Notes under the pieces: generated by a model
Told to the model about the DNA's origin: nothing
The model's database searches: none
The model's input: the letters and a program-made list of their open reading frames with translations, nothing else
DNA from: a virus
Virus record (IMG/VR): IMGVR_UViG_3300020419_000859
Strand: one strand, 5' to 3'
Length of the DNA: 64,000 bases
Translations under genes and position numbers: made by a program
Shown here: piece after piece, positions 20,508 through 30,259 of the stretch
Position numbering within the stretch: the stretch's first letter is position 1
Layout of the letters: each line of letters begins with the position of its first letter

Positions 20508-21258
20508 CTTCAAACGCCCATTCTTTTTCATTACACCAAAAACATTTACCACAAGTTTCTAGTGTAGTTGACCAGGCACATGATTTAGTTTTAGGAAGTA
20601 AAGTATCCATTAGATTATGTTCTTTGAATACACCTGCTACGAATTTTTTATCAACACGTAAGTAAGGTGCATAAGTTTGGCCACCAGCAGGAATATTATC
20701 CATAATATTGGCGCCAGTATCTCCTGGATCTCTTTTTCTTTCAGCAACGTCATAAAATCCTCTTTCTTTTTGTACTTCAATAGGAGGATTACAAGTCATA
20801 GCAACAGTTGATGGTACACCATGTTTAACAGACATAACTGATCTAGCGTTTCTGTTTTGCAAGGCCTTTGAACAACCATTTTTTGTTCTCCACATAGATT
20901 GCTCTTTACCATTTACCATAATTTTTCCTTTTGGCGATGCCATTGCTTCTTCAGCTTTCTTTTGCCATTCAGGATCAGTTGTTCTTACTGTAAAAATTTC
21001 TAAATCATTAACAGTAGGAAAAGTATCTTGTAAAAATTTATGTACGTCTATTGCTCTTTCTGTATCTATTGTACCATCTTCATCTTTCATATGAAAAGGG
21101 TAAATTTGTGTATTTGGAAAGTTTGTTCCAATTAAATAAACTAATGAAGATGAATCACAGCCGCCAGATAAAGACACTACTGCTTTTTCAGGTGCTCCAT
21201 CAGGAAAATATTTTTCATCAAATAAATCAATAGTTTGATTACCATATGTAAGTTTCAT
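20485..21258 (-). CDS. QueC-like PP-loop ATPase (adenine nucleotide alpha-hydrolase)
   Basis: SLSGGCDSS PP-loop and C-terminal Zn motif SC-x7-CGKCFWC. Confidence 0.75.
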   Translation of the reverse strand: MKLTYGNQTIDLFDEKYFPDGAPEKAVVSLSGGCDSSSLVYLIGTNFPNTQIYPFHMKDEDGTIDTERAIDVHKFLQDTFPTVNDLEIFTVRTTDPEWQKKAEEAMASPKGKIMVNGKEQSMWRTKNGCSKALQNRNARSVMSVKHGVPSTVAMTCNPPIEVQKERGFYDVAERKRDPGDTGANIMDNIPAGGQTYAPYLRVDKKFVAGVFKEHNLMDTLLPKTKSCAWSTTLETCGKCFWCNEKEWAFEDEKNNSL

Positions 21259-21267
21259 TTTTTCTCC

Positions 21268-22554
21268 TTAATAGTTTGTTTCTCTCTTAGCTTTTAAATA
21301 ATATTCTTCTAACTCCGGATGTGTTGAAAACAAGTCGTGGCCTTCTTTTTTACTAAAACCATTTTGATCTAAATCTTGACAATACTCAATAGTCTTAACA
21401 AATTCTTCCAGGTCTTGCTCTTTGTCTAATGCCTTTAGAATATTAGGATAACCTTTATATAATGGTTTTAGTTTTTCCTTAATTTCTTTAGGCAAATTCT
21501 TTACTTGTAATATTCTTGGGTGTTCAATAATATAAAACGTATGCTGTATACCCATATCTTTTAACATAGCAATTAGTTTATGATTTTCTAATACAGATAG
21601 AAAAGATATTACAGAGTGAACATTAACTCTGGCATTTCTTCTAGCTCTCATAGTTTTCATATTGTCTACAAGAGAAGTCCAATCTGATTTCTTTCTTAAA
21701 TAATCATTGTATTTACCATAACTGTCTATAGATATTTTCATAACAAATTCTTTAAAATGATCAAAGTAATCTCTAAAGTTATATCCGTCCATATCAAATA
21801 CAGATAAGTTTGTTTTGTATATTAAATCTATACCTTTTGAATAACCTGTTGCTACTAATTTATCTAATAGTTTATAATGATTTACCATAACTAAAGGTTC
21901 GCCACCAATTAGTTTGATTGATCTAGTAAACTTTGCTACAGAGGCAACATCGTCTAAATATCTTTCATCATCATGTTTCATTGTATTCATTCTTTCGCCA
22001 TCTTTAGGGTCTAAATCTGGATCATATACTTTTTTTAATTTTTTTAGTGAGAGAGTTCTAGTGTTAGCACTTCTTGGTGTACACATATAACAATCTAAAT
22101 TACAAGCATTACCAAACATTTTCATTTTAATATCTAGTATTCTTTCGTCAAAATCTTTTATATCTCCTTCGTCCATGAATTTTTGAACAGCTCTTAATAA
22201 CTCTGGTACTTTACTATCAAATGTACCTGCTAGTATTTGTTCGGTATATTTTTGTCTGTCTGAACGACCATATTTTTGTTCTTGTTTCCAACAACCTGTA
22301 CAGTGATGTCTAAAGTATTTGGGATCCCAATCTTCTTTCAACATTTCTGCTCTTAATTTGTTTTGATAATCGGAAGTATACCATTCTTTAATAGTTGTAT
22401 CTTCCATATTGTGGCCAGTTCTTGCTAGTGCGTCATAACAAGGTGCATATCTACCACTTAAACTAGAGAATACGTGTGTGAAAGGTAAAGGACAGAACCA
22501 TAGTTTTTTATCCTTTAATTTTTGTTCAAATTCTTTTTTCTGTTTCTCATTCAT
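21268..22554 (-). CDS. Radical SAM protein with N-terminal twitch/SPASM-like domain
   Basis: CPLPFTH...PC...CxxC at the N-terminus; CNLDCYMC and GGEPL. Confidence 0.88.
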   Translation of the reverse strand: MNEKQKKEFEQKLKDKKLWFCPLPFTHVFSSLSGRYAPCYDALARTGHNMEDTTIKEWYTSDYQNKLRAEMLKEDWDPKYFRHHCTGCWKQEQKYGRSDRQKYTEQILAGTFDSKVPELLRAVQKFMDEGDIKDFDERILDIKMKMFGNACNLDCYMCTPRSANTRTLSLKKLKKVYDPDLDPKDGERMNTMKHDDERYLDDVASVAKFTRSIKLIGGEPLVMVNHYKLLDKLVATGYSKGIDLIYKTNLSVFDMDGYNFRDYFDHFKEFVMKISIDSYGKYNDYLRKKSDWTSLVDNMKTMRARRNARVNVHSVISFLSVLENHKLIAMLKDMGIQHTFYIIEHPRILQVKNLPKEIKEKLKPLYKGYPNILKALDKEQDLEEFVKTIEYCQDLDQNGFSKKEGHDLFSTHPELEEYYLKAKRETNY

Positions 22555-22555
22555 A

Positions 22556-23344
22556 CTAACTATTTATCCATATCTTATAAAGTGGACTTTCTGGTAGATT
22601 GTGTATGGCACGATTCGGACCTGTGTAGTGAACAACCTTTAATCTTTCATCTGGTTCATCTAGTATCATATAATCTGTTTTAAATGTTTTTGCATATAGT
22701 TTATTTAAACCTATCATATCTTTTTTATTTTCTGTATACTTTCCTAACCATTCAGGTGGTGTTAACGTAAGTTTACTTTTCTTTTCAAAGATTTTCCAAT
22801 CAACATAGTTTTGTTCTCCATAATATTTAAAATGTACTTTACCTGTATTGTAATAATGCAATTGCCAATAAGGAGGATTAAGTGCAAAATCATCCCATAT
22901 ATGCTTAAACTGTCCTGATTTAAATTTATAGAAACCACCATTTAATGGTAAAATATTATTATCTTTTAATTTTTTTTCTTCGCCGTCTTTTGTTTCATTG
23001 TTCCACCAAGTACCATATGATACTAACTCATCATCGCCAACAGGATGACCTATAAGTTTATCTATATTACCTACTATAACTTGATCTATATCCATTATAA
23101 TAATTTCATCACCTGGTTGTTGACCACCAAATAAAGGACTGAAATATTTTAGTTTGTGCCAGTGTTTTACAACACTACTATGATGATTATATGGTAATAC
23201 TATATCTGCCTTTACGTTAGGGTCGTCACTTATACAAATAGATTGAAAAGGTATTGTACTATTTCTTTTTAGTCCATCATAGAAGTTGGCAACATAGTCT
23301 GGTGTATATGTTCCTTTGAAATAAACAGTGCAGATTTTAAGCAT
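22556..23344 (-). CDS. GT-A-fold glycosyltransferase-like protein
   Basis: WHKLKYF, MDIDQVI, NGGFY, GEQNY and HYTG motifs; same family as 19923-20507. Confidence 0.7.
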   Translation of the reverse strand: MLKICTVYFKGTYTPDYVANFYDGLKRNSTIPFQSICISDDPNVKADIVLPYNHHSSVVKHWHKLKYFSPLFGGQQPGDEIIIMDIDQVIVGNIDKLIGHPVGDDELVSYGTWWNNETKDGEEKKLKDNNILPLNGGFYKFKSGQFKHIWDDFALNPPYWQLHYYNTGKVHFKYYGEQNYVDWKIFEKKSKLTLTPPEWLGKYTENKKDMIGLNKLYAKTFKTDYMILDEPDERLKVVHYTGPNRAIHNLPESPLYKIWINS

Positions 23345-24221
23345 TTATATTTCTCCAGATTATATCAAACTTTTTATTAATGGCATGTATGAGTTTAGCT
23401 TTTGGTGGAATAAAACCTTGTGTATCAAAAAAATAATGCCAATCTTCATCTAGCCATTGTACTGGTATATTATTTTCTTTTAATTTAACAGCAAATATTG
23501 TTTCATTATCATAACCAAAATATTTTGCAATTTTCATAGGAAAGAAATCGTCTTGTCCTATAAGACCTGTCATAAGGTCTAAAGTTTGTTTAAAATCTGT
23601 GAAATAATCTAGTTTTTTTAAATGTTCTCTATTAATACCCACTATACCTGTATTAATAACATCATTTTTTGGACTTAATCCTTTTTCTATCAACATTGCT
23701 TGAGCATTATAAAATTTTGAGTTAGGACTTCTTATTGTTTGTGTGTTCTCCGTTATTCTATGAATAGGACTTACTCTTTCATTATTATTCTTAACGGCCA
23801 CACCTTTTGATAAGTCAAATACTTCAAAAAAGTTTTCTGTTGTGTTAGGTACAACATCAAAGTCTAGATATAACACCTCGTCATAGTCTTTAGCAAATTC
23901 ATATAGTAAATGTATCTTAAAAAAGTTAACTATGTTATAACTTGTAATTTCTGGATAAAACTCTCTCATCCATTTGTAATAATCAACATAACTAGTTTTT
24001 AAACCAGCACATTTTGTATCATTTTCTACCATAGTAAAATCTACACCTATTTTTTTGGCATATTCTACTTTACAGTCTACTAACTGTTGGTAGTTCTTTT
24101 CAAATTCGTTTTTAGTATTATAGTTTGTAAACTCGGCATCCTTTTTTTTAATATGCTCGTCAAACGTATCTAATTCTTCTTTTGGAATATTAATGTATAA
24201 ACTAAATATTTTTCTTTTCAT
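23337..24221 (-). CDS. Glycosyltransferase (GT-A fold)
   Basis: YDEVLYLDFDVV, INTGIV and a C-terminal H in LIHAINK. Confidence 0.7.
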   Translation of the reverse strand: MKRKIFSLYINIPKEELDTFDEHIKKKDAEFTNYNTKNEFEKNYQQLVDCKVEYAKKIGVDFTMVENDTKCAGLKTSYVDYYKWMREFYPEITSYNIVNFFKIHLLYEFAKDYDEVLYLDFDVVPNTTENFFEVFDLSKGVAVKNNNERVSPIHRITENTQTIRSPNSKFYNAQAMLIEKGLSPKNDVINTGIVGINREHLKKLDYFTDFKQTLDLMTGLIGQDDFFPMKIAKYFGYDNETIFAVKLKENNIPVQWLDEDWHYFFDTQGFIPPKAKLIHAINKKFDIIWRNINA

Positions 24222-24873
24222 TTTTCGCCTCTTCCCATGACATAATCGGATCAGGATTACCTTCCATTTTTCCTACTATGATAAATCTTGTACCTCTATA
24301 ATCTGTTACCTTTTCCTCTGATAATACAGTTGCATTACTTGGTAATTGTTTTTTAAATTGTTCTATGTTATCTACACAATTAATATGGCCTTCAATATCA
24401 TACATGTTGTTAGATGTAAAAGCAAAGTGTGTTGGCGATGTTCTTCCCCACCAAGGATTTTTCATTATTGGTGCTGGTCCCCATTCTTTCATTGGTTTCA
24501 TATGTTCGCAAGATGTATTAATAAACAAATCAACACCATCGTACTGATCTCTATATTTTTCAAATACATCACCTGTAATCCAATCAATATTCCATTCTGG
24601 AAATATTCTATATTTTGATCTACTAATTACTTGTGCGTCTGTATCTACACATACTATTTGTTTTACTTTATGATAAAAGGCAGGTATTAATATACTGCCA
24701 TACCAACTACCAAATATAACTATTTTTGAATCTTTATTTAAAAAATCTAATTTATTTACAGATTCAATAAGTTTCATTTTAGTATTGAATTGATTAGGAC
24801 TTAACGAATCTAATAGATCGTCATTCTCTCTAATCTCTGCCATCATATTTTTTAATATTTCTAAATCAATCAT
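24202..24873 (-). CDS. Class I SAM-dependent methyltransferase-like protein
   Basis: VIFGSWYG motif I, acidic end of strand 2 (VDTD), GDV and INTSCEHM. Confidence 0.65.
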   Translation of the reverse strand: MIDLEILKNMMAEIRENDDLLDSLSPNQFNTKMKLIESVNKLDFLNKDSKIVIFGSWYGSILIPAFYHKVKQIVCVDTDAQVISRSKYRIFPEWNIDWITGDVFEKYRDQYDGVDLFINTSCEHMKPMKEWGPAPIMKNPWWGRTSPTHFAFTSNNMYDIEGHINCVDNIEQFKKQLPSNATVLSEEKVTDYRGTRFIIVGKMEGNPDPIMSWEEAKNEKKNI

Positions 24874-26396
24874 TTTCTGTAAATATAATCATTAATAACT
24901 AGTATATCTAGTGCAGTCTTTTTAAAAGTTTTTAATGCATTTTCTGGTGTTTCTACTATTGGCTCTTGACAATTAAAACTTGTATTAAGCAACATAGGAA
25001 CACCAGTAATTTCTCCAAACTCTCTTATAAGTTCATAAAATTTACTGTTATCGTTTTTATTAACTGTTTGTATTCTAGCTGTACCATCAACGTGAGTGAT
25101 ACCTGGTATTACTTCTTTCATTTCTGGTTTTACTTTACATATTCTAGACATGTAAGGACTAGGTAAATTAGTATCAAAATATTGTTTATAATGTTCTTCT
25201 AAAACAGCAGGTGCAAATGGTCTAAAGTCTTCTCTCATTTTTATTGTACTGTTAATGATATCTTTTATGTCTGGATTTCTAACATCAGCCAATATACTTC
25301 TATTACCTAATGCTCTATTACCACTTTCTGATTTACCTTGAAACCAACCTACTATTTTTCCATCAGCGATTGCCTGTGCTACTTCTTTATATGAAGTTAA
25401 TTTTTCATCACCTTTATACCAGTCATATGATTTACCAGCATACAAGTTAGACTTGTGTACATTACCATTGATTGTATAATCAGCGTGTTGATAAGCTCCT
25501 ATGGCTTGGCCTTCGTCACCGATTGCAGGTGGAACAAATACATTATCATAATGTTCAGTAAACATTTCATTACAATAACCGTTGTATGCAACACCACCAG
25601 CAAGACATAAGTTATCGGAAGTTTTTAAAGGATAGACATGTTCTTTAATTCTTTCCATTGTTATTTCTTGTAGTGTATATGCTAAATCATCTATACCATG
25701 TTCAGCAATTTTTATTTGTTTCCATTCTGGATATTTTCTTTCTAAAATAGGTCCTTCTAAAATTTGTGTAAGTACATTGTAATAGTAATCGCTGTGTTTA
25801 CCATAACCAACTTTTCCCATAAGTTTACTTGCACCTAATGTTCCAAATCCTGTTAAGTTAGACATATGATTCCATAACCAACCGATAGGAAGTTTTGATG
25901 ATAGATCAGTTGCCTTACCGTCTCTATCAAAAAATAAACATCTATATCTTGAGCCAATACCATCAATTGCAAGTACATCACTTTGTTTGTAACCTGAATT
26001 TAAAAATGCATAAGCAGCATGTGATTGATGATGATCTATGTAATAGATACCATCTTTATAATGATTTTGCCATAATGTCTTAACTTCATAATCAAAGATT
26101 TCATCGTGACCTTTGAATATGCCGTTCCATAATTCTTCTTTTGATTTTCTTACACCACCATATGTGTATGTAAATGCTAGAACACCGTCTTCCGGTTTTT
26201 TTAAATATTCTTGTATGAATTGATCGTTGAGAGTATAGTCACCAGGATTTAATATATCTGATTGATGATTATAAGCTTCTGCTCTGTATGGTAAGTTATG
26301 TTTAAAACGTGTATGTCTTTCACGTTGATTATGATACTCGCCATCATAAGTATTGTGATCATGTAAGTTTATTGCAACAGCGTAAATTTTCTTCAC
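24870..26396 (-). CDS. O-carbamoyltransferase (NodU/CmcH/TobZ family)
   Basis: HHQSHAAYAF, DGIG, KLMG, LAGGVAYN, GDEG, EsGxRALGNRSILA, REDFRPFAP, HVDGTARIQTV and LLNTSFN. Confidence 0.95.
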   Translation of the reverse strand: MKKIYAVAINLHDHNTYDGEYHNQRERHTRFKHNLPYRAEAYNHQSDILNPGDYTLNDQFIQEYLKKPEDGVLAFTYTYGGVRKSKEELWNGIFKGHDEIFDYEVKTLWQNHYKDGIYYIDHHQSHAAYAFLNSGYKQSDVLAIDGIGSRYRCLFFDRDGKATDLSSKLPIGWLWNHMSNLTGFGTLGASKLMGKVGYGKHSDYYYNVLTQILEGPILERKYPEWKQIKIAEHGIDDLAYTLQEITMERIKEHVYPLKTSDNLCLAGGVAYNGYCNEMFTEHYDNVFVPPAIGDEGQAIGAYQHADYTINGNVHKSNLYAGKSYDWYKGDEKLTSYKEVAQAIADGKIVGWFQGKSESGNRALGNRSILADVRNPDIKDIINSTIKMREDFRPFAPAVLEEHYKQYFDTNLPSPYMSRICKVKPEMKEVIPGITHVDGTARIQTVNKNDNSKFYELIREFGEITGVPMLLNTSFNCQEPIVETPENALKTFKKTALDILVINDYIYRK

Positions 26397-26419
26397 TTCA
26401 TTTCTCCTTATCTTATTTA

Positions 26420-26761
26420 TTATAATCCTAACAACCCTCTAATCTCTGGATCAATCATGTCTCTTGTCCATTGAGGCGTCATTGTGACTCTTACATTGCA
26501 TTTTAGTCCTGGAATACTTTCAACATTCATCTTAACATTATTTACTATTTGATCTGCCGCCGGACAAAAGGCAGACGTTAAACTCATTAACACGTGTACA
26601 TATCTTGACTCTGTGACTTTAACATCATATATTAAACCAAGTGTGTATATATCTGTAGAGATTTCAGGATCGTATACTTCTTTTAGCGCCTCTGTAATCT
26701 TATTAATATATATTAACCTAGTTTCTTGATGATCGTTTATATCGCTCAAATCTGTTTTCAT
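26420..26761 (-). CDS. SufT/PaaD-like (DUF59) Fe-S cluster maturation protein
   Basis: VYDPEI..DIY.LGLIY, LTSAFCP and PQWT motifs. Confidence 0.9.
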   Translation of the reverse strand: MKTDLSDINDHQETRLIYINKITEALKEVYDPEISTDIYTLGLIYDVKVTESRYVHVLMSLTSAFCPAADQIVNNVKMNVESIPGLKCNVRVTMTPQWTRDMIDPEIRGLLGL

Positions 26762-27600
26762 TATACATTCAATATGTTAGCATATTTCTCAATAGGAAAA
26801 TGTCCTTTCGGTTGTACATATTCTTTACAAGTCACACAATATTTTTCATATTTAAATAACTGAAAGTTCATCATCTTATCAATATTTTCTTTAGTCATAG
26901 GAAAAGACCTAGACAATTCGGTGTTGTTAGCAAATTTTTTACTACAGTGTACTATGTGTCTTTTTTCAAAGTCAATAACAGGTACCATAGGAAAAGCAGC
27001 ACACATCTTACGATCTATTTCAGCTGCCTGTTGATGTACTTCTTCTACATCTCCTTTAGATGGTGTTCTACCATTAAACGCTTTGAACATAGTATTTTTG
27101 TGTTCTAATTGCTTTTTAAATTCTGGATAGTTAGCTATGTACTTAAAGTAGTTAGGTGTTTTAAGTACTACATTGTAATTATTCATATCATTTGGTGCTA
27201 GATAGTCATAATTACCTAATTTTTTAATTTTGTCTGGATAAAAATCTAATGTTAAGTGTTCTACATATAATATTTCAGGATCTTCTAATATTTCTGGATA
27301 TCTTTTTCTTATAAAAGAGTTAGATAAAACTTGACAAATAAAATTAGGATATTCTTTTATCATAGATATAACTTCACGTAAGTTTTTAATAAGACCTGGC
27401 TCTCCACCAAGTAAACATATTCTAACTTTATATTTCTTTAAAGCCTCTAATGTTTCTCTTAAAAAATCTAAATCTACTGTTAAGTTTCTCATTTCTAGAG
27501 TATAACTTGTACAATAGTGACAGTCTTTATTACAAGACATTGATAAAAAGAAATCTATTGCCAAATAGTTCTTTTGTGCATATGTTAAATCAAATTTCAT
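26761..27600 (-). CDS. Radical SAM protein with Cys-containing C-terminus
   Basis: CNKDCHYC, LGGEPGL and C-terminal C...C...CxxC. Confidence 0.85.
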   Translation of the reverse strand: MKFDLTYAQKNYLAIDFFLSMSCNKDCHYCTSYTLEMRNLTVDLDFLRETLEALKKYKVRICLLGGEPGLIKNLREVISMIKEYPNFICQVLSNSFIRKRYPEILEDPEILYVEHLTLDFYPDKIKKLGNYDYLAPNDMNNYNVVLKTPNYFKYIANYPEFKKQLEHKNTMFKAFNGRTPSKGDVEEVHQQAAEIDRKMCAAFPMVPVIDFEKRHIVHCSKKFANNTELSRSFPMTKENIDKMMNFQLFKYEKYCVTCKEYVQPKGHFPIEKYANILNV

Positions 27601-27604
27601 ACTA

Positions 27605-28402
27605 CTATTTATCTTTCATCCATTTATTGTCATCCGACCAGTCTTTTGAATTTAACCATTTTTTCTGCGTCAAATTTTCTGGTTCTGGATCCTCATCTTC
27701 GTTTGTCACAACCCAATTAACAACTTTATCAAAATCTGGTTTAGGGTCTAAATGTGTTTGATTAGTTCTTTCCATAAACTGCCATCTAAAAAGTTTACCA
27801 ACACCTGTTGACATTATAATATGTGGCTCTTGATCTACATATGGTATATGTGGCCAATATTTTTTAAATTGTTTAGGAAAACAAGAAGTAAAAGATACAT
27901 CTAAACCTTGTTCACAAAGTAAACCTGTTAGTGTAGAACAAAATAGTCCACACTCAAAAGAAATTAACGTATTTATTACTTCTAACTTTTCTTCAAATTC
28001 TTGTTCCGGATGATGGCTATCTTCGTCAATGGCCATTTTATTAAATTCATTTGATTCACAAACTCTAGACGTAAATATAAAAACATATGGTGCTGTTATT
28101 ATATGTTGATAGTTTCTATTTACAACATGTTTAGAATGATCTAGATAACCACTTTTCATAGCGTCATCTTCAACTTTGTGGTGATTCTTAATACACAATT
28201 TCCATATTCTTTCTTTTTCAGCCTGATCCTCTGGACCGATAACATTTACTCTGTAAGGCATGTATTGTTGTTTAGAAGGAGTTAGTTGCCATGCCTTCTT
28301 CAAACATTCATTTACAGTTTCTTTACTTGGTATATTTTTGTCATCATATATCCAAACGTGTTTTCGTTTTTTAAAAGTTTCGTATATATTACTTTGTGTC
28401 AT
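27605..28402 (-). CDS. Nitroreductase-fold flavoprotein
   Basis: KRKH, AWQLTPSKQ..PY, APYVFIF, ECG...L.EQGLD; paralogue of the neighbouring gene. Confidence 0.7.
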   Translation of the reverse strand: MTQSNIYETFKKRKHVWIYDDKNIPSKETVNECLKKAWQLTPSKQQYMPYRVNVIGPEDQAEKERIWKLCIKNHHKVEDDAMKSGYLDHSKHVVNRNYQHIITAPYVFIFTSRVCESNEFNKMAIDEDSHHPEQEFEEKLEVINTLISFECGLFCSTLTGLLCEQGLDVSFTSCFPKQFKKYWPHIPYVDQEPHIIMSTGVGKLFRWQFMERTNQTHLDPKPDFDKVVNWVVTNEDEDPEPENLTQKKWLNSKDWSDDNKWMKDK

Positions 28403-29216
28403 ATGGTGAGTCGTGTTTTTGGTCCTTTGCTAATTGTATTCGTCTTTTTAATTCTTCTCTATTATCAGTTGAAGTGCCTGGTGTATCTTTAACCCAATTT
28501 ATTATATCTTCAAAGTCTGCTTTTCTATCTAAATCCCAATTACTTCTTCCGTTTTCTATATCAGGACCATTTTCTTTCATCCATTGCTCTTTGTAATATT
28601 TACCATAACCTATAGAACATGTTAATAATGGTATAGTGTTAACAAAAGGTACATCGTGCCACTTTTCTACTCTTTTTGGAAAACAAGTTGTATATGTTAT
28701 GTCAATACCTTGTTCTACTAATATACCTGTTAATGAAGCTGCAAATAATCCAACTTCTATACTTGTTGCTTGTGCCAATGTTTCGTGTTGATCTGAAAAC
28801 TCTGGTTCACTAAAGTGACCGTCTTTAGCAATACACTTTTTATTCCATTCATTTGTTTTTTCTGGATCAACAGTTCTAGATGTAAATACTATTACATATG
28901 GAGCGTCTGATAAATGTTGATATGTTCTATTGACTTTAAATTTTGTTTCTGCTAATTGTTTCTTTTTATGGGCTCTGATTTCTACATCATGGTGGTTAAT
29001 CATCGCCTTATCCCATACTTTTAGTTTTTCATCGTCAAATTCTTTTTCTGGTCCTAATATATTTACTTCATATGGATAATAATTTTGTTTTGATGGTGTA
29101 CAGTGCCAGGCATGCCATAGTGCGTCTGTAATTGTTTCTCTGTTAGGTATCTTATCTTTATGATACTCTATAACGTGTTTTCTTTTTTTAAATATTTGAT
29201 AGGTTTGTGTAGTCAT
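28389..29216 (-). CDS. Nitroreductase-fold flavoprotein
   Basis: KRKH, AWHCTPSKQN.YPY, APYVIVF, IEVG...EQGID and IGY motifs. Confidence 0.7.
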   Translation of the reverse strand: MTTQTYQIFKKRKHVIEYHKDKIPNRETITDALWHAWHCTPSKQNYYPYEVNILGPEKEFDDEKLKVWDKAMINHHDVEIRAHKKKQLAETKFKVNRTYQHLSDAPYVIVFTSRTVDPEKTNEWNKKCIAKDGHFSEPEFSDQHETLAQATSIEVGLFAASLTGILVEQGIDITYTTCFPKRVEKWHDVPFVNTIPLLTCSIGYGKYYKEQWMKENGPDIENGRSNWDLDRKADFEDIINWVKDTPGTSTDNREELKRRIQLAKDQKHDSPYDTK

Positions 29217-29970
29217 TGTTTTTTATTCCTTCTAATATTTCTTTTGCAATTGCCTTGTGTCCTAGTTCGTTAGGGTGGTCGTCTAATTCTGACACTTGCA
29301 AATCTTCTTTTTTTCCATACTTACTTTTCATTTGTGTTATATCTAACATATTGTCGCCATCTAGATAAGAAGAAAGAGGCCAGTTTATAAAGTTATTTAT
29401 ATAATCCTTATAGTTAGTTATTTCTTCACAAATTTTTGTTAAATCTCTTTCTTTGTTTTTGAGTGTTTTATACGGCACTACATTATCTGTTAATTCAGGA
29501 TTTAATAATATATCTTCTTCGGTGGGTTTTAGTCCTTGATACATATTCTCAAATAAATTTCCCATTTGAAAATGACAATAAGGTAAGTTATATCTTTCGC
29601 ATAGTGTTTGAAAACTTATCATATATCTCATAGATTTTTTTACAAGATTTAATAAATCTGATTGAGGATCAACTCTTAAAGAATGCCAAGTGCTAAACCA
29701 ACCTTTTTGATAGTCTTTTCTATGAGATTGTGTCCAACCAGCTATAACCATACCTATTTCTTCTTTAGGTGTTTTCATTATTTCATCTTGTATAGTACTA
29801 TAAATGTAATCATTGCCTTGACCACCTTTACCTAAACAAATTAGTTTCATACCTAATTCTTTTGCAACAAGTTCAGGCCATTTTGGATAAGAAAAGTCCC
29901 ATGTAGGATGGCAGATTGATTCAAAATTTATATCTGAACAACTATCGCCACTAACTATTAATTTTTTCAT
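29188..29970 (-). CDS. SGNH/GDSL-hydrolase-like protein
   Basis: SGDS nucleophile block, GGQGN and DDHPNELGH (DxxH). Confidence 0.65.
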   Translation of the reverse strand: MKKLIVSGDSCSDINFESICHPTWDFSYPKWPELVAKELGMKLICLGKGGQGNDYIYSTIQDEIMKTPKEEIGMVIAGWTQSHRKDYQKGWFSTWHSLRVDPQSDLLNLVKKSMRYMISFQTLCERYNLPYCHFQMGNLFENMYQGLKPTEEDILLNPELTDNVVPYKTLKNKERDLTKICEEITNYKDYINNFINWPLSSYLDGDNMLDITQMKSKYGKKEDLQVSELDDHPNELGHKAIAKEILEGIKNNDYTNLSNI

Positions 29971-30259
29971 AAAATAATTTATTAAACGCTATTTTCAATT
30001 TTTGTTTTGGTTCTTCTTTAAAGTTTAAAGGTCCGTAATCATATTCGGGCATTAAATAAGTTTTCTCTACAATATACTCATACACTGGTTCATGTTCTTT
30101 GTCAACTAGTGTTTCGTCAAAAATGTCACTAGTACCTAATGCTCTTTTCATCATCTGACAAGTCTTAATAAGATTTTGATCTGCTACAGGAACAGGATTG
30201 CCTTTACTGTCTATATAACTAACTTGATCTAATTTTTCGTTTGCTATTATTTCAATCAT
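29951..30259 (-). CDS. Hypothetical protein
   Basis: ORF overlapping both neighbours in the operon. Confidence 0.6.
   Translation of the reverse strand: MIEIIANEKLDQVSYIDSKGNPVPVADQNLIKTCQMMKRALGTSDIFDETLVDKEHEPVYEYIVEKTYLMPEYDYGPLNFKEEPKQKLKIAFNKLFYEKINS

Noticed and set aside
20485-27600. A complete queuosine/7-deazaguanine DNA-modification pathway
   Set aside because: Only a QueC-like gene is visible. The nearby radical SAMs cannot be called QueE, and no folE, queD or dpdA is seen.
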